The notes under the pieces were generated by a model. That model saw nothing but the letters and a program-made list of their open reading frames with translations. It made no database searches and was not told where the DNA came from. A stretch of 58,692 nt of DNA, filler included, from Sphacelaria rigidula (lineage: Eukaryota), in NCBI GenBank assembly GCA_964200075.2. It is 6 parts of 6 records of this genome, joined end to end, with 100 filler letters (N's around TTAATTAATTAA, not from the genome) between each part and the next. Parts side by side here need not be neighbours in the genome. Positions count along the whole stretch, not along the records: positions 39,197 to 48,894 come from CAXNAA020007941.1; positions 48,995 to 58,692 come from CAXNAA020007942.1; 4 more parts are not named here. One strand, 5' to 3'. Below are positions 46,351 through 58,692 of the stretch, in pieces; the stretch's first letter is position 1, and each line of letters opens with the position of its first letter. The translations under genes were made by a program, and so were the position numbers.

Positions 46351-49249
46351 TGAAGGAGTACAGTGTAGCGCGCGGGAGGGGAGGAAGGCGGGGTTCGGTG
46401 GTAAAAGAAGAGTTGTGGCCGTGAATGCTTTGTAGACGGTTACACCATGAACTTATTTATGGGTTTTGAGATCGGTGTTTTGAGTTTGTGTCTCTTGTGT
46501 GCGGTCGTTGTGTGTTGCCGTATCGTGGTTTGTTTCTCGTATCTGCACCCCACGCAGATCTTGTGTGCCTTGCCCGGAAAAAAACTTGACGGCATGATGA
46601 AGAGGCCGGTTCTCTTGAACTTATGTGCATTTCCTATGCCCCCATAATTGTGCTAAAGTTGTGGCGAGGTTTTCATTGCGTCTGGGAGTCTCAAGTATGT
46701 GCCGCTGATGGTTATGCATGTGTTTTGTGCAATGGTGACGTTTTCGGAACATTTTCGGATCGGGAGCTGGCGCAGAATTTTTCGCCGATGCAGGGGGGAA
46801 CGCACCAGTGAGGGGGGGCTGACTGGGGCAGGTAGAGGATGTACAGGTTCCCGAGAAGGACACTATCTGAAATGAGGGAGTGGTCGCTGCCGCGGTCGAT
46901 GTGTTTGGTGTGTGTCCCTTGAGGGAAAAGCGGGTGGCTGTTGTGCACACTCGACTTGTTGGATGCGGTGCATATAGAGTTACAATGAGGCGGGTGGTGA
47001 CGATAGAATGACCAGGCGTTACAGTATCGTGTGTTCATGTTGTAGATATGGGGGCTGTTCTGTAATGAGGTGCATCGTGGTCGTCCATGACGTGACGATT
47101 TCCGGCCCTGAAAGATGCTCCTGTCTGATAATGTCATATGTCAGTGTTATTCCTTTTCAATATTATGGAGGCGGTATTTTTGGAAATAAGGGGCCGAAAG
47201 GCCGCACGCCTGGCGCCTGATGATGCTGCAACTTGGCGCATGTGTGGCTTGAAGCCGCAGGTTGATGTGGGTGCAGTAGTTGCGGCGACCCAAGGCGTTG
47301 TCAGCGCAGCGTGGCTTGAAACGATGATTTTGCACGATGCCGAACTGATTCCGAAAACTAGAACACTCTCTAATGACGGTTCTAGAGGGGCACATGCTGT
47401 TAGTCTGTTATTGTTGCGCTGGCCCCCTGTCACTCGAGACTGGCACCAAGACGGGAAATAATCAACAATGAAGATTCTCCATATGTTACAGGCATGTGCC
47501 GTCGAGGTTTAGGTGCCGTGCCGAGCAATAAGCGGCCGCGCAGAGTATCCAAAGGGGGCAGTGTGCACAGGCAGGGAGCGCTGCGAACCCGCTCGGGCAA
47601 CGGGCAACATGTCTCCCCTTCCAGTGCCAGACTGTGCTGGCGCTTTTTTACAGCGGGGTGAGAATGACAGGGGAGGTTGCTGCACTTACTTTTTACGACA
47701 ATCAACTGGTTACTCTACGCCAGGGTGCTTCCACGTGAAAAAATTGAATTTCCCCTCACAGGCTCGGCATCGGCATTTTGCGGACCTCATCTCACTTTCA
47801 TTTGCTTTTAGTATACAATTTCCGCTGCCGCGACGGACACATGTTAACAAAGGTGTGCTGCACACAGTTCACATGTGTGAAGTATCGCGACCACATTTTG
47901 CGTACTGTATGCAGTATATTTCCTCGGGTCAAATTTCATTGGGCAGCCGCACTGCGGGATACGATGGTGGTGAACAGGCAGCGTGGGTACTGTGTGAGGC
48001 AGATGTGGCGCCATTTTTGTACACCCCTACTCCCCGTGTGGTCACTGCAAGACCGTGCGCGTGTTTTCCGCAGTGAAAGTTCTTGTCACGGACATCTATC
48101 GCTCAGACCTTGCGTGAAGTATTCAAGCCCGTGGCGGCATCACGGTGATCGCACTGTAGCGCAACCGACTGTGGAGAAGAATTTCAGGCAAGGACGGCGC
48201 ACGAGTTTTGTGACTGCTTCATCCCGTCGCGCTTGGATACGGAGAAAATTGATATCGTTGATATAATGTAATTTTTTTTCCAGCTGAGGTGCAGGCGCCG
48301 TTTTCGTGACCACTTCGGGATCGCCTTGTATCGCAACATCAACACCCCGGCACGAGTGTACGGCTGCGAAGGGGGGGGGAAACTTCGCATATATTTTTGT
48401 CATGACCCCCCGATGCTCGGAACCCCATACTTTTGGCGATCAGCAATTTGATCCATGTTTGTCGACTAGTTGGAAGTTGCACTGTCTGTACGGCCGGCCC
48501 ATGCGTTTTTGTCGTCGCTGTTTTTGTCGATGTCTACCTGTGCCGAAATCTGCGCACAACTGTACAGTGGGCATCCGATGCAGATGCCTTCCGTCGCCAT
48601 AGACGAAGTACCCCGTGTCAGGATCAAATGCAAAGAAAATATGCACCAGACCCAGAAATATGCACTTAGACACGACACAGAAACAGAAAAAAATCGGGGG
48701 CGAAAGAGTAGCAGAAATTCGAGAAGAGAGAAGGGGGCAAAGATGGGATCGTTGACGCGCACGTGAATTATAGCATGACGGTTGCAAGCCGTGCACACAG
48801 CACGAGCATACGCACCGCAAAGTGCGATGGAGGTATTTCGTACGCCGCTATCCCTCGCGCCTACCTCACAACCGCTCGGCGCCGTCGAAATGGANNNNNN
48901 NNNNNNNNNNNNNNNNNNNNNNNNNNNNNNNNNNNNNNTTAATTAATTAANNNNNNNNNNNNNNNNNNNNNNNNNNNNNNNNNNNNNNNNNNNNCTCACA
49001 CCACAGCCTCCCCAGTTTCCCGAATGAACCCGATGTCAGCATATCACTGTGAACTGCTGACTCACCTGATGACAAAGGACTGCGTCGCTGTTCGATTGGC
49101 GTCGTATTGCCGATGACGTTATCGTATTGCATAGAGTACAGGGTGGGTCTGATATCGATGAGAGATAGCGTGTCGGGGTGCCTTTTTTTTATGCGGCGGG
49201 TTCACGTCAGCGATCACCCGCACTGGGTATTAGTGGGGTGCAGCAGCGT

Positions 49250-49576
49250 CACGGAAAATTTCGAACGCACGGCCCAATTCGACGAGTCTTGAGCTGAAAC
49301 TTCAGGAAGACCTTCTGCACCCAAGGACCTGATACTTCACGAGTCCAGCTGCAGGTTCTCCTTTTTTTACTGGACTTATGGCATTATCTAGTTTTTTTCT
49401 GAGATTTCGAATCCCCATAACTTCCTTATTTTTTATTATTTTCTTCGCTGCTCTCGTGATCTTCCGCATTTTGATCATGAAAAGCTGCTGTCAAAATTTC
49501 AGCATCCAACTCCTAATATCTCGCCGTGCGTCGCGTGAGCGAGGTTCGCGCCTACTCTTGGCTGGCCCAGCTCGTA
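49250..49576. mobile_element. Related Tc1/mariner-like element end
   Basis: Ends GGCTGGCCCAGCTCGTA. Internal CACGGCCCAA.TCG is shared with the copies at 9961 and 15094. Confidence 0.5.
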
Positions 49577-50459
49577 TTGGCTTTCTGATTGATTGGTTGA
49601 TTGTCTCAGTTTGGTTTCCATCCGCATTGCAACCCCGCTTCGGAGAGTCGTCTTACGTATTACTCGGTCATTTACACATTTTCCAGTTTGGCGGCTACCG
49701 TTGTGGCTACGGCTATGACTTCGGTCAGTTGAGGGTCGACGCCCATATGGGTACGGTGGCCCGTGCGCTGGGCCGAGCTGCGGAGTATAACATAAGGGGT
49801 TTAAGTGAGTAAAGGTCCCGCACTACCCCGTGCATTCCACATGCTCGGGGATGCCTATCCCACATGACCAAAGCGAGGCGATCTAATCGGGTTTTACGGG
49901 TAACTGGTTTACGTGACTGAGCAATCGGAGAAAGCACCGGGGAAAAGGTTCCCACCTAGCTCCTTATAGGGATGAAAAAAAAAAAGAGGGAAAAGGGTGT
50001 GGTCCGTAATTGACGATTCTTCCACGAAGTATGTGCACGAAGATTTTTTGTCTGTATACATGCAACACGGTTCGTTTCATGATAAAATGGGGTAAAATTA
50101 GTTTTACTAGTGGCAGTGCAGAGGTCGTTCCGTATGTTATTGAAGTCGGTAATTGCGACGGGTATGATCGATGTGTGCGGAATCCCATGGGGTTAAATGA
50201 GCTAGGCCGTGTGCATGCAAGCAGTCTCGTATCGTATCGTATCGCGGGTCATCATATAGTGCGGGGAAAAAAATGTGCAGTAAGAGCATGCGCATTACAC
50301 GAATGAGTACTCCCGTCCCTTCCATGGTGATGCCCTTGAACTCTTTGGATTGTCCCCGCCATGTACCCTTCCGGAGCACAACAAAGGCAACACTATGCTT
50401 CCACACCACTCTCTTCTCTACCTCCCCCATATCCGCCCTTTCCCACCCCCCCCCCCCAC

Positions 50460-50505
<46 letters not shown>

Positions 50506-50821
50506 AAAAACACCCGATCATCCTATTTTCAGTCCACGACCCCCCTCACTTCCAGCCCGCCCGCCCGCCCGCCCGCCTTTCTACTCTCAAATACTCAAGT
50601 CTCCTCGACCCTTAGACAGCGAGAGTAGGTCATCTCTTGAATCGGCATCAATTGCACTTGAAAAAAGTATGCATGATCCAGATCGACTGTCCTCGTGGTC
50701 TAAGGGGTGACAACAACAAAAAACATGCGTGCGCACATCTATATTTATGTGTGGTGCAATGCCCGACAGTCGGGGTATGCCCTTTCCCCCCGTCCTCGCC
50801 CCCGCTTTACAAATGCGTTAC

Positions 50822-53800
50822 CTTGTACAGACGTCGTCGGCGCAGGTGTAGTTGCAACGGGATCCCCGCCGTCTACAGTCGCGGGCGCCGGGGTGCTTGA
50901 CGATCGTGGCATCGGCATCGTAGATTGAGGTGCTGTCGTGGGAGATTGCACAGGGCTCGTAGATTGCGGCGAAGTCGTAGGTTGTGGCGTAGGCATAGCC
51001 ATGGGCGCCACGGTGGGCTGATCCATGACCATGGGCGCGGTGGTCGGCGGATCGTCCGGTTTTACCGGGGCTGGGGTCGGTGAAGTGATGATGCAGGGCG
51101 CGACGCCGCAAGGGACACCGGCTTCTCTGATGTCGGTGACGCAGCAGCTTGCTGCGCCCTCAGTGCCTGCGATGAATGCGCAGTTGTCTCCGCCGCAACG
51201 TCCGCAGTTGACGGCGCAGCAGACTTCTCCTGACTGCCAGCCGGCGATGCCGTTCTCGCACGTCGATGATTCTTTGCGGATAGTCGAGAAGATAATAAAA
51301 AGAAAGGTCAAGAGGAAAAGAAAATAAAGGTAAAAAGGAATTCAAAAAAAGGAAACGAAATGGGGGTGGGGGGGTATGTCTGCAGCGATGGGCTCGAAGC
51401 TTAGCTGCGGAGGATCACCCAGAGTTCGGGCACTACTACGGCAAACGTATGGGTGAAGATGAAATATGAGTGAGTGAGCACCGGATTCGGCGGACCGGAG
51501 CGAGCAGCCAACGCGGGCTAGGACGGCTGTACCCTCTGCGTGCGACCGAAGTGTGGGGCTTGGTGATAGACGAACAAGTCGAGGAAAACTCTGAATGGTG
51601 GGAAAAAAGTGTTTTAAGGGGAAATATTATAGGGAGAGCAAGAAAAGAGAGGGCTGAACAGAGGGTAAAGTCTAAAGCTGTAGCTTGATATGGGTTCCGT
51701 CGTGGTTGTTGAAAAGACACAGTACGGCGAGTTGAGATGAGGGTGCTATGGACTCGGCACACTTACTCCTGTCGGTCTACGAATTGGAGTGTGTTGGTGG
51801 TCTATGGATGCAAAACAAGTTCCGTGCAGATTGATATGACAGCCGGGAAAAAACACGATTCGAGTTCGACTACTCTCACACTATCATTTCTTGTTGAATT
51901 ATCGGGTGATTTGTTGCACGTTATATCCTCCACCATCTCAGGCGAATACTAAAAAAAAGAGTTGTCACGCCCCAGAATTATACTTCCGCCATGCAGTGTG
52001 CAAAAACGTGCCTGGAATCGGTGCGCCGCGTTCCTGCGCGCCATCATCACAGTTCGGCATTTTCCCATAAGAAAACCGCAAGTTTCGACCTACGGTCAAC
52101 CTTAACTAGGAGAGGGTTAATCGAGTGGTGTGGGAAATGCTACACCCGGATGACACATGGATGGTCCCGACATTTTCCAGGCGCCCTCGTCAGGATGATG
52201 GCTGTGACAGCGCGGTGGTCTGCCAGGCGTTCGGACAACCTGTATCGGAGAAAAAGACAGAGGCCATGTATCCGCGGTCGGTACGCCGCTCCCCAGAAAC
52301 CGCACTGCATATCGGAAAGGCAGGTGAACGGTATAAGCAGGCGGCCGACTGCGTCTACCTCGATGGTGGTACCCGCGAAAGCGCCGACAGATACATGGGA
52401 ATCAAGCGCCGCATGAGCGCTGCGCGGCTGCGCGGGCATACTTCGGGGAGGTGCTCCCAACTCTGCGATCGACTCAACGCTTGGCTAGAACTCAAGATGC
52501 GGCTTCTACAAGGCGAGGGTGGTGGGAAGCTACCCTGTGCAGGTTGGTGCACGAACGTTGACACAGCGTCCAGAGGACTGTGAGAGTCCTCGCGCTGCCT
52601 ACCCACCACGAGCTCTTACTGTGAGCACACAGTTGGATTCCGCAGCAAGGGTCGTAGTGGAAACAAGCCTCCTGTCATACAGACCTGTGCTCGAGAACCC
52701 AAATGCGAACGTATCGAGACGACCACCCGCGAGCGTCAACTCTGCTCTTGCCCGGCGGGACGAAACGCGTCTCTTGAAGCGCAACACGTTCGAATGATTG
52801 GGAGCGCAACGGCCCTACCGTTGCTGGCCCGCCCTCGCAAAACTGGGGAGAATGCTTCCAAGAGAATCTGCGTGCCGTACGGACTGAAGAGGTTGTCGGG
52901 TGGTCCCCAAACGGCTAACGGTCTCGAAGATCCAAGACACGCATCTGGAAAGATGTGCGCATGTATCTGCACTGAGTGCTTCATCTGGCACTGCAGTGTG
53001 AGGTATGAACCGGTCGGGCGCATCGAGAAATGACTGTTGCGCGTCTACGGGATAGGGGATTGTGTGGGCTTTGTTTCCCTTACCGATTAATTATTATGCT
53101 AGCTTTCATCTGCAAGTTTGCGTTGTGTATGTGTATGTGTGTGCGCGCGCATGTGTATGTTTTCCAGGGTTATCCATGCGCCGCTCTTGTCGGTTCGTTT
53201 CATCTTCTATGCTGAGCGCAATCTGCGACCAACTTGAAGTAACTCCCAAGAATCTCTTTTTCTTTGCTACGGGCTAGACATATGGATCTCTGTTTGAATC
53301 TCCTCTGTGGCCTGGACCTATCAACATACTCTACACGACGGAACACAAGGGACGTGTTTCGTGTACGTGACGTTCACCTTAACATACTCGGAAGAGCGGG
53401 TCACCGCCGCTGGGAACGTGGGCAAATAACTGGCACCGGCGGGTTAAGAGGAGGGCGGAAACGCTCAAGGAGACACGGCGACGCGAAGATCTCCGCCAAC
53501 CCCACGTACTCTGCAAGCAAGATGCTACTGCGTTCAAGAGCCTCCAAAAGAAGAACAGCCGACGTTTGCACAACAACGGCAATGACTGCCCGCGAGGGAT
53601 CCGAATGGAAAATGACCCGACACGGCCACCGCGCCTTGGCAGTCTAACTGTTACATCTTACAAAACCGGTTAGGGCCGGCAAGAGGGTTCGGAATCCTCA
53701 AAATATGAGTTCCAGGGCGGATCCCGGTCCTAAAATGTCTGCATGCCGCAGGTACCATTACCCTCCTCGCGGTCTGAGGGTTGACCCTTAGACCGCGGTC

Positions 53801-55941
53801 ACCATACTTGTGCCCGTGACATTGATGACGATTCAGCAGGTGACCTACCCTCGCGGTCAAATAAAATACGGTCAACTAGCCTCGTTCCACGAGTGTTTTC
53901 GTTGGGTGCACGTTGCTCTGTACTGTGTTATAGTGCTGAACGCTATTACTGCTCTGTCCCTATCTTTATATGCGTGACGATCGGTACTGTATCCGTTGCT
54001 TGAACCAACCATCGATGATGCGACAACCGCCCGTTGGTGGTGGAAGAGGCTAGCCTGCTAGCTTGACCCTGACACCCCGAGATCGCAACATTACCACAGT
54101 GTTCCACAACCCATCGGACTACAAAAGACCGACGCGCTGTGAGTTGTGCGTCCGGTTATTGTGTCGACGCGGAGAGACTCGGAAACCATTTCCGGCGAGA
54201 AAGGGGCGTGGTCGTTGTGGCGTCCGTGAACGGCAAAGGAGCGGGAAAAAAGCCGAATGTGTGGGCGCAATGGTTAGAGTTAGCGCGTAGACTTCCTTGC
54301 GCGCGATGTGCCGCATCAGGTACAGTGTGGATAGCGATGGCCTAGCATAGGTACGTTCTCGGCCGATCGGTGGCCCCGATAAGGTACGATTGAAAAAGAA
54401 TCCCTAGATCAGGTATCCCTTGGCGAAATTTGGCCTACAACAAGTAAGCGGTTTCTGGAGGCGAGACGTCCGTTCTCGCGTGGCCATATCTCTCGACTCA
54501 CATGCTTTTTTTTCGTTTTGTTTTCGAGGCCCAGGTGTCAATGCCCCCCCCTCGAATGGTGTGCACGAAAAATTCGGAGCGGAAACGGTCAAAATGGGGT
54601 GTTTGGCTGTTTTCGCGTTTCTGGCCATTTTTCGTAATTTTCTTGGGCGAAAAACGAAAAGGTATACCTTCTCTAGGCCATTGCCCTCTTTTTTGTTCAC
54701 TTTGGGTAAATGAGTGCATGTCCTTTTTCGCGCAAGGCCTTTGACAACTGACGACATGTTGCTGAGGCCGGTCATTTCTAGCTTCTTGTTATCCTTTTTT
54801 TGTCAGCTTGTTTTTTTTAATTTCTTCCTCATTCTCCTCGCTTCGTCCGTTCCAGTGTTCTTTTTCTTTCATGTTCATTTTCGCCAGCATTCGCTCCCGT
54901 TCTTGTTCACCTTGGGTATGTCTATCTACTGGATAATGAACGACAAACAACTCATCAATCAATCAAATGATCGACCAATCAGCTCGCTGTCTGCCTTCAC
55001 AACACCAGCGGTCGGACTCATTTCGTCGCCTGGCGAAGTAAGCATTCACCTTAGCCCGACTCACGATACTATGGCACCCCCTAACCACCCCTATCGTAGG
55101 AAGGATCCGAGCCTGGCCCGGCAAAAACGGCGTGCTGCGTCCCGTCTTTGTAGGGATATGAGGTCAATGGTCTCATGACTATGGCATGCAAAATCATGAG
55201 TACACCCCCTTTTAAGGAAACATTTTGTGATCACTGCAAGTAAGTCACGTCACCCGAAAGTCGACCGCTGCTTTCATTTCTGACCACACACCCATACCGC
55301 TGCTTATAGCTTTGAAATAACTTCGTCCAAAATATTATGTTCAGGCTACATATCTGTCCCTTAATCGGCCATCACGTACATCCTCGCATCAGACCAGTGA
55401 CACATATAACGCTAACGCTACCTATTTTGATCCCGCATTCCGACAAATCATGTTAATTCCTTGGTCAGTCATTATCCAGAGGTCGGATCCTGGCCCTTCA
55501 ACATACAAACCTTAGGTACTGACCTCAAAATGATCTAAAACTTCATGTTTGGGCTACCTGTGTTACCCCCCCCCCCCCCCCTACTCCCCCCTCCCCCCCG
55601 CATAGTTTTGCAACTTCAAGTATAGCCGCAGAAACAACAGCTATAGCACTTACCGAACGGAAAATTCGTCGGCGCAGTGGAGGGTGCCAACGTGGGCATC
55701 TGCCCGCCCACCGGCGAAGCGGAAGGAGTGCTGCTCGAGCTCGTGGGCTCAACGGTCGGCGACGAAGTAGCCTGCTGCGGAGCGACGCTGTCGGTGGGGG
55801 TTTGAGAGGCTGACGTGGAATCTGAGCTCTGTACTGGGGCAGGTGTCGTTTCGGGAAGGATACAAGGAGCTATGGCGCCGTTCTCTCCGCAGACGATTCC
55901 GTTATCTTCGATCGTTCCGATGCAGCAGTCGTCGTCACCCC
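50822..55941 (-). CDS. Partial gene: extracellular-type protein with Cys-rich modules separated by Pro/Thr/Ser-rich linkers
   Basis: Exon 55941-55654 (GDDDCCIGTIEDNGIVCGENGAIAPCILP + PTS linker) and exon 51271-50822 (TCENGIAGWQSGEVCCAVNCGRCGGDNC...SCCVTDIREAGVPCGVAPCII + PT linker) are both AG/GT bounded, phase 1-1, and join in frame. Start and stop are not in this contig. Confidence 0.8.
52120..53030 (+). mobile_element. Heavily decayed RTE-like LINE RT fragment, antisense in an intron of the Cys-rich gene
   Basis: VVCQAFGQPVSEKKTEAM...AGERYKQAADCVYLDG...IKRRMSAA...LELKMRLL resembles the RTE ORF2 region after YADD (FGLTVSxxKTExM, FxYLGG, IxxRIxxA, LKxRL). Confidence 0.7.
54097..54679. mobile_element. 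Second copy of the GGCCTAG-TIR MITE (54339-54679) with the shared flank
   Basis: Reverse-complement homolog of 10647-11227. Confidence 0.75.
55110..55210 (+). mobile_element. Short LINE 3'-end fragment; related copies at 57140-57232 (+), 57737-57812 (-) and 19601-19628
   Basis: Shared G.TGCT.C.TC...AGGGA.G.G.GGTCAATGGTC...GAC.A.GGCA.GCAA...AGTAC-C-run, homologous to the end of the LINE at 19240-19325. Confidence 0.65.
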
Positions 55942-56237
55942 CTGTGTACGAGATGTGGTAGTAGAGTAGGAAAGCTGAAAGCCACGTTTGTACGTATGTG
56001 TCGGAAGCCAACGTCACAACATGCACAGATGATGAGCGAGGGACCCCCGAGCCACGGCTACAACCGTTCCCCAAGGCATGAGGCACGGACCAAATCCGCA
56101 AGGGTCCGTGTGACGCTAAAGTATTAGGCTCGTGACCCCAGCGCTACAGCGTATGTTATCCATAGAGAGCACTATATCTTCAGGTCGGGTGCACGCGCTG
56201 GTTCACGACTTGCCTGACCTCATTTCCTGCCTGAAAT

Positions 56238-56392
56238 AGCACATGACATATGATACATGGTACATGATACCTGAGACATGAAACATGCCACACGGCATAT
56301 GGGACACGACACAAGGAACATGATACATGACATATGACACATGATAAATGGCGCATGACACACGATATACTATACATGACACACGTGACACC
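56238..56392. repeat. Degenerate 7-bp minisatellite (ACATGAT/ACATGAC)
   Basis: Roughly 20 imperfect tandem units. They produce the spurious CHVS-type ORFs. Confidence 0.85.
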
Positions 56393-58463
56393 AATAAGTG
56401 ATCTGCCTTGTTTATTACGTGGCACCTGGACAACTGCAATGACTGTCAGCAGGGGAAAGGGTAATCACCACTTCTGCAGCCGTTTCCGGTGTCCCACCGT
56501 GAACAATGCCCTCACGGGCTGTTCATGAGGGTATGCAATGTGTTATGTTCACCTGTGTATGATTTGTGCGTCTGTTTTACTAATCAAATTGTATCGAGAT
56601 ATTACGCGCACATAGAAAATACTGTCACAAGGAGGGGGGGGCGGGGGGGGGGGCGTGATAAACCTAATATGAAAACAACTTACAGGAGTAGCAGCGACAT
56701 CAGCAACCGTACCACATCTAGGACACGTTTGCGTAGAGCCATGAGCACGAAACGCTTGAGCATTCGATATATACTATACACGACAAGAGCATCGAAGATT
56801 GACAATTCAAGATTGGTACTGCTCCTTGCAGCAGCGCCCAAGCTCCTGATACTTCAGGAAGCCCCTGGAAGCTTGCCGAGTCACCAGGACAGGAGGGACT
56901 CAAAATAGCGAGAGATGCATCTTGCTGCCTATTTCACTATTATGCTACTGTACAGCTGTGCATTCGGTCAGATTTTTCATCAACAGTATATCAGAAGATT
57001 AGTGCAGCGAATAATACCGATACATAGCACTATATTGACGTTCATTGATGACGTGACGCCTCTTTGAAACGCGCCCCTGGTAAAGATGACCACCCCGCCA
57101 GAGAGTCATCACGGCGCTTCGCGCTTGGTAATTGATTGCGAGCCTGGTCCGGCGAAAACCCGGCGTGCTCCATCCCGGCTTTGTAGGGATGCGAGGTCAA
57201 TGGTCATGTGACTACGGCATGCAAGATCATGACCGAGCAATGCTACGGTAGGGGTGCACTTTTTGCGCGAAATCTTGTCTGGTTCAGCGGCTCCTAAAGA
57301 TTCTTTAATAGATGCACACGAATAGGGGTCAGGGCAGCTCGTTTGCAAGTCTATTCGGGTTATCTCTAGGACATTGAAATAGTAATCCTCCCGTACTCTT
57401 ACATACTTCGTAAGTGGTGTTTTGGATGACATAGAGGGCTTCTAACCATTCTAACCTCAGCAAATATTTGTGCATCCCTACCGTAGCAACACTCGACTAC
57501 ACCCCCACCCCCCCCGTCAGAGAGAGGAAAAATACGCGTTTTAGTTTCATCTCTCTTTTTCAATTGAGACCTGTTTTGGATCACCACCTGACGGGAGTGT
57601 TTCCCGCGCACGCAGCTGGATTGTACAAAGAAAACGCGCGATAACATAGAAGGAGTAAACGTACATTCTATACAGTGTCGTTTGCTATGGGCATACCGTC
57701 AAAGCTAGCAACCATTCAAGAGAAGGCTCCTCAAGAGGGGGGGGCGTACTCATTTGTTGCTTGCCTTAATCGTTTGACCATTGACAATGCATCCCTTTCG
57801 AGACGGAGCACCGGAGCACCGGGGGTGGGTACGCTGCTCCGCCTGCCATCTGCCCCCGCTACATGGGCAGCAGCAACTGCTTCATAGTTTTAATTTTTTT
57901 AAGCTACGGTTAGATGATGACAAAATAATATGCACATGCACTTCGCCACTTCGTAATATTCACTGAGAAATAACCATAAAACTTGATAAAACATGTGCGT
58001 GCAGTTCGGTGAGTAATGACACACCTAATAAATAGCAGCGATGTGCAACATAATTGGTCTACTGTACCGAATATTGGCGCCGCTGATTCTTTTGACGTAC
58101 TTTTTTTTCTGATATATTGGTGTCTGTGGGACCTACACTTGTCTGTGGGTATCAGAGATTTTGATGTCACACCATGTCCATCAAGACGGTGGCTGCAGTA
58201 GGACGAACCCGAAGGGAGGGACCCTGTCTGCCAGCATACGCATCTGGGATCGTGTGACCCCTAGGCAACAGGGCAATAGTTTCACCATATCTCGCGCGTA
58301 AAAAAACGGATCCGGATCTTCATACAGGTTCTTCCTTGGTTTCTATTCCGCCCGATTTCTTACATAGCATGCAGGGGATCTTTTTGTGCCGCACGCGCGT
58401 CGCAACTTGTTTTGCTCAAATTGGCGCCGACCTGAGCAGAAAAAACCACACATTTTGTCAGCC

Positions 58464-58545
58464 GGCCGCCCCAGTGGTTCAGCTGGCAACCTCGAACACC
58501 CTCTGACGATGAGGTCGGGGGTTCGATTTTCGGTGAATTCACACG
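58464..58545 (+). mobile_element. tRNA-like SINE head
   Basis: GGCCGCCCCAGTGGTTCAGCTGGCAACCTCG...GGGGGTTCGATT contains box A and box B and is homologous to 30075-30133. It does not fold as an intact tRNA by eye. Confidence 0.6.
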
Positions 58546-58692
58546 AACACGGTTATTTTCTCACACACCATGCCCGATAGTTGCAAGAGATTACTTCGTG
58601 AGATGAAAAAAAAAAAAAAAAGGCGGAAAACCGGGGGAGGGGGGAAAGGGGGAGGGGAAACTTCTCGGGGTGAGGAGGGAAAAAAAGCGTGC

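Noticed and set aside
46712..47440. Minus-strand ORFs just downstream of the DUF1517 gene
   Set aside because: No motif. More likely 3' UTR or intergenic sequence.
49063..49147. Possible further exon of the Cys-rich gene (GTGAGT donor near 49063)
   Set aside because: Acceptor and frame are ambiguous and the peptide has no similarity to the module or linker.
50441..50500. Long poly(C) tract giving poly-Pro ORFs
   Set aside because: A low-complexity intronic run whose length may be a sequencing artefact. Not coding.
56180..56439. Cys/His-rich repetitive ORFs
   Set aside because: They are translations of the 7-bp minisatellite.

Overview
Eukaryotic, intron-rich, repeat-dense DNA, most likely from a brown alga (Phaeophyceae). 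This is inferred from the bipartite plastid-targeting N-terminus, long introns and the Cys-rich module type. The window is not one locus. It is six contigs of 9700, 9700, 9698, 9698, 9698 and 9698 bp joined by artificial 100-bp N44-TTAATTAATTAA-N44 linkers, so neighbourhood across gaps means nothing. Host genes: (1) a complete 5-exon, plastid-targeted membrane protein with two tandem DUF2061-like units (- strand, 3128-6392); (2) two internal exons of amidophosphoribosyltransferase (purF, 28230-28900); (3) five exons of a DUF1517/FLAP1-like protein lacking its 5' exon (40091-46350); (4) two exons of a mucin-like protein with 10-Cys modules (- strand, 50822-55941). Mobile DNA: two decayed Ty3/gypsy elements of one lineage, two decayed LINEs, an intron-containing DDE transposase pseudogene, a tRNA-derived (CA)n-tailed SINE, piggyBac-like, Tc1/mariner-like and other MITEs, and several foldback palindromes. 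I see no clear wholly new system. The best leads are the tandem-DUF2061 plastid protein, the dUTPase-like and extra conserved domains in the gypsy Pol, and a LINE family that appears to end in C-rich rather than A-rich tails.
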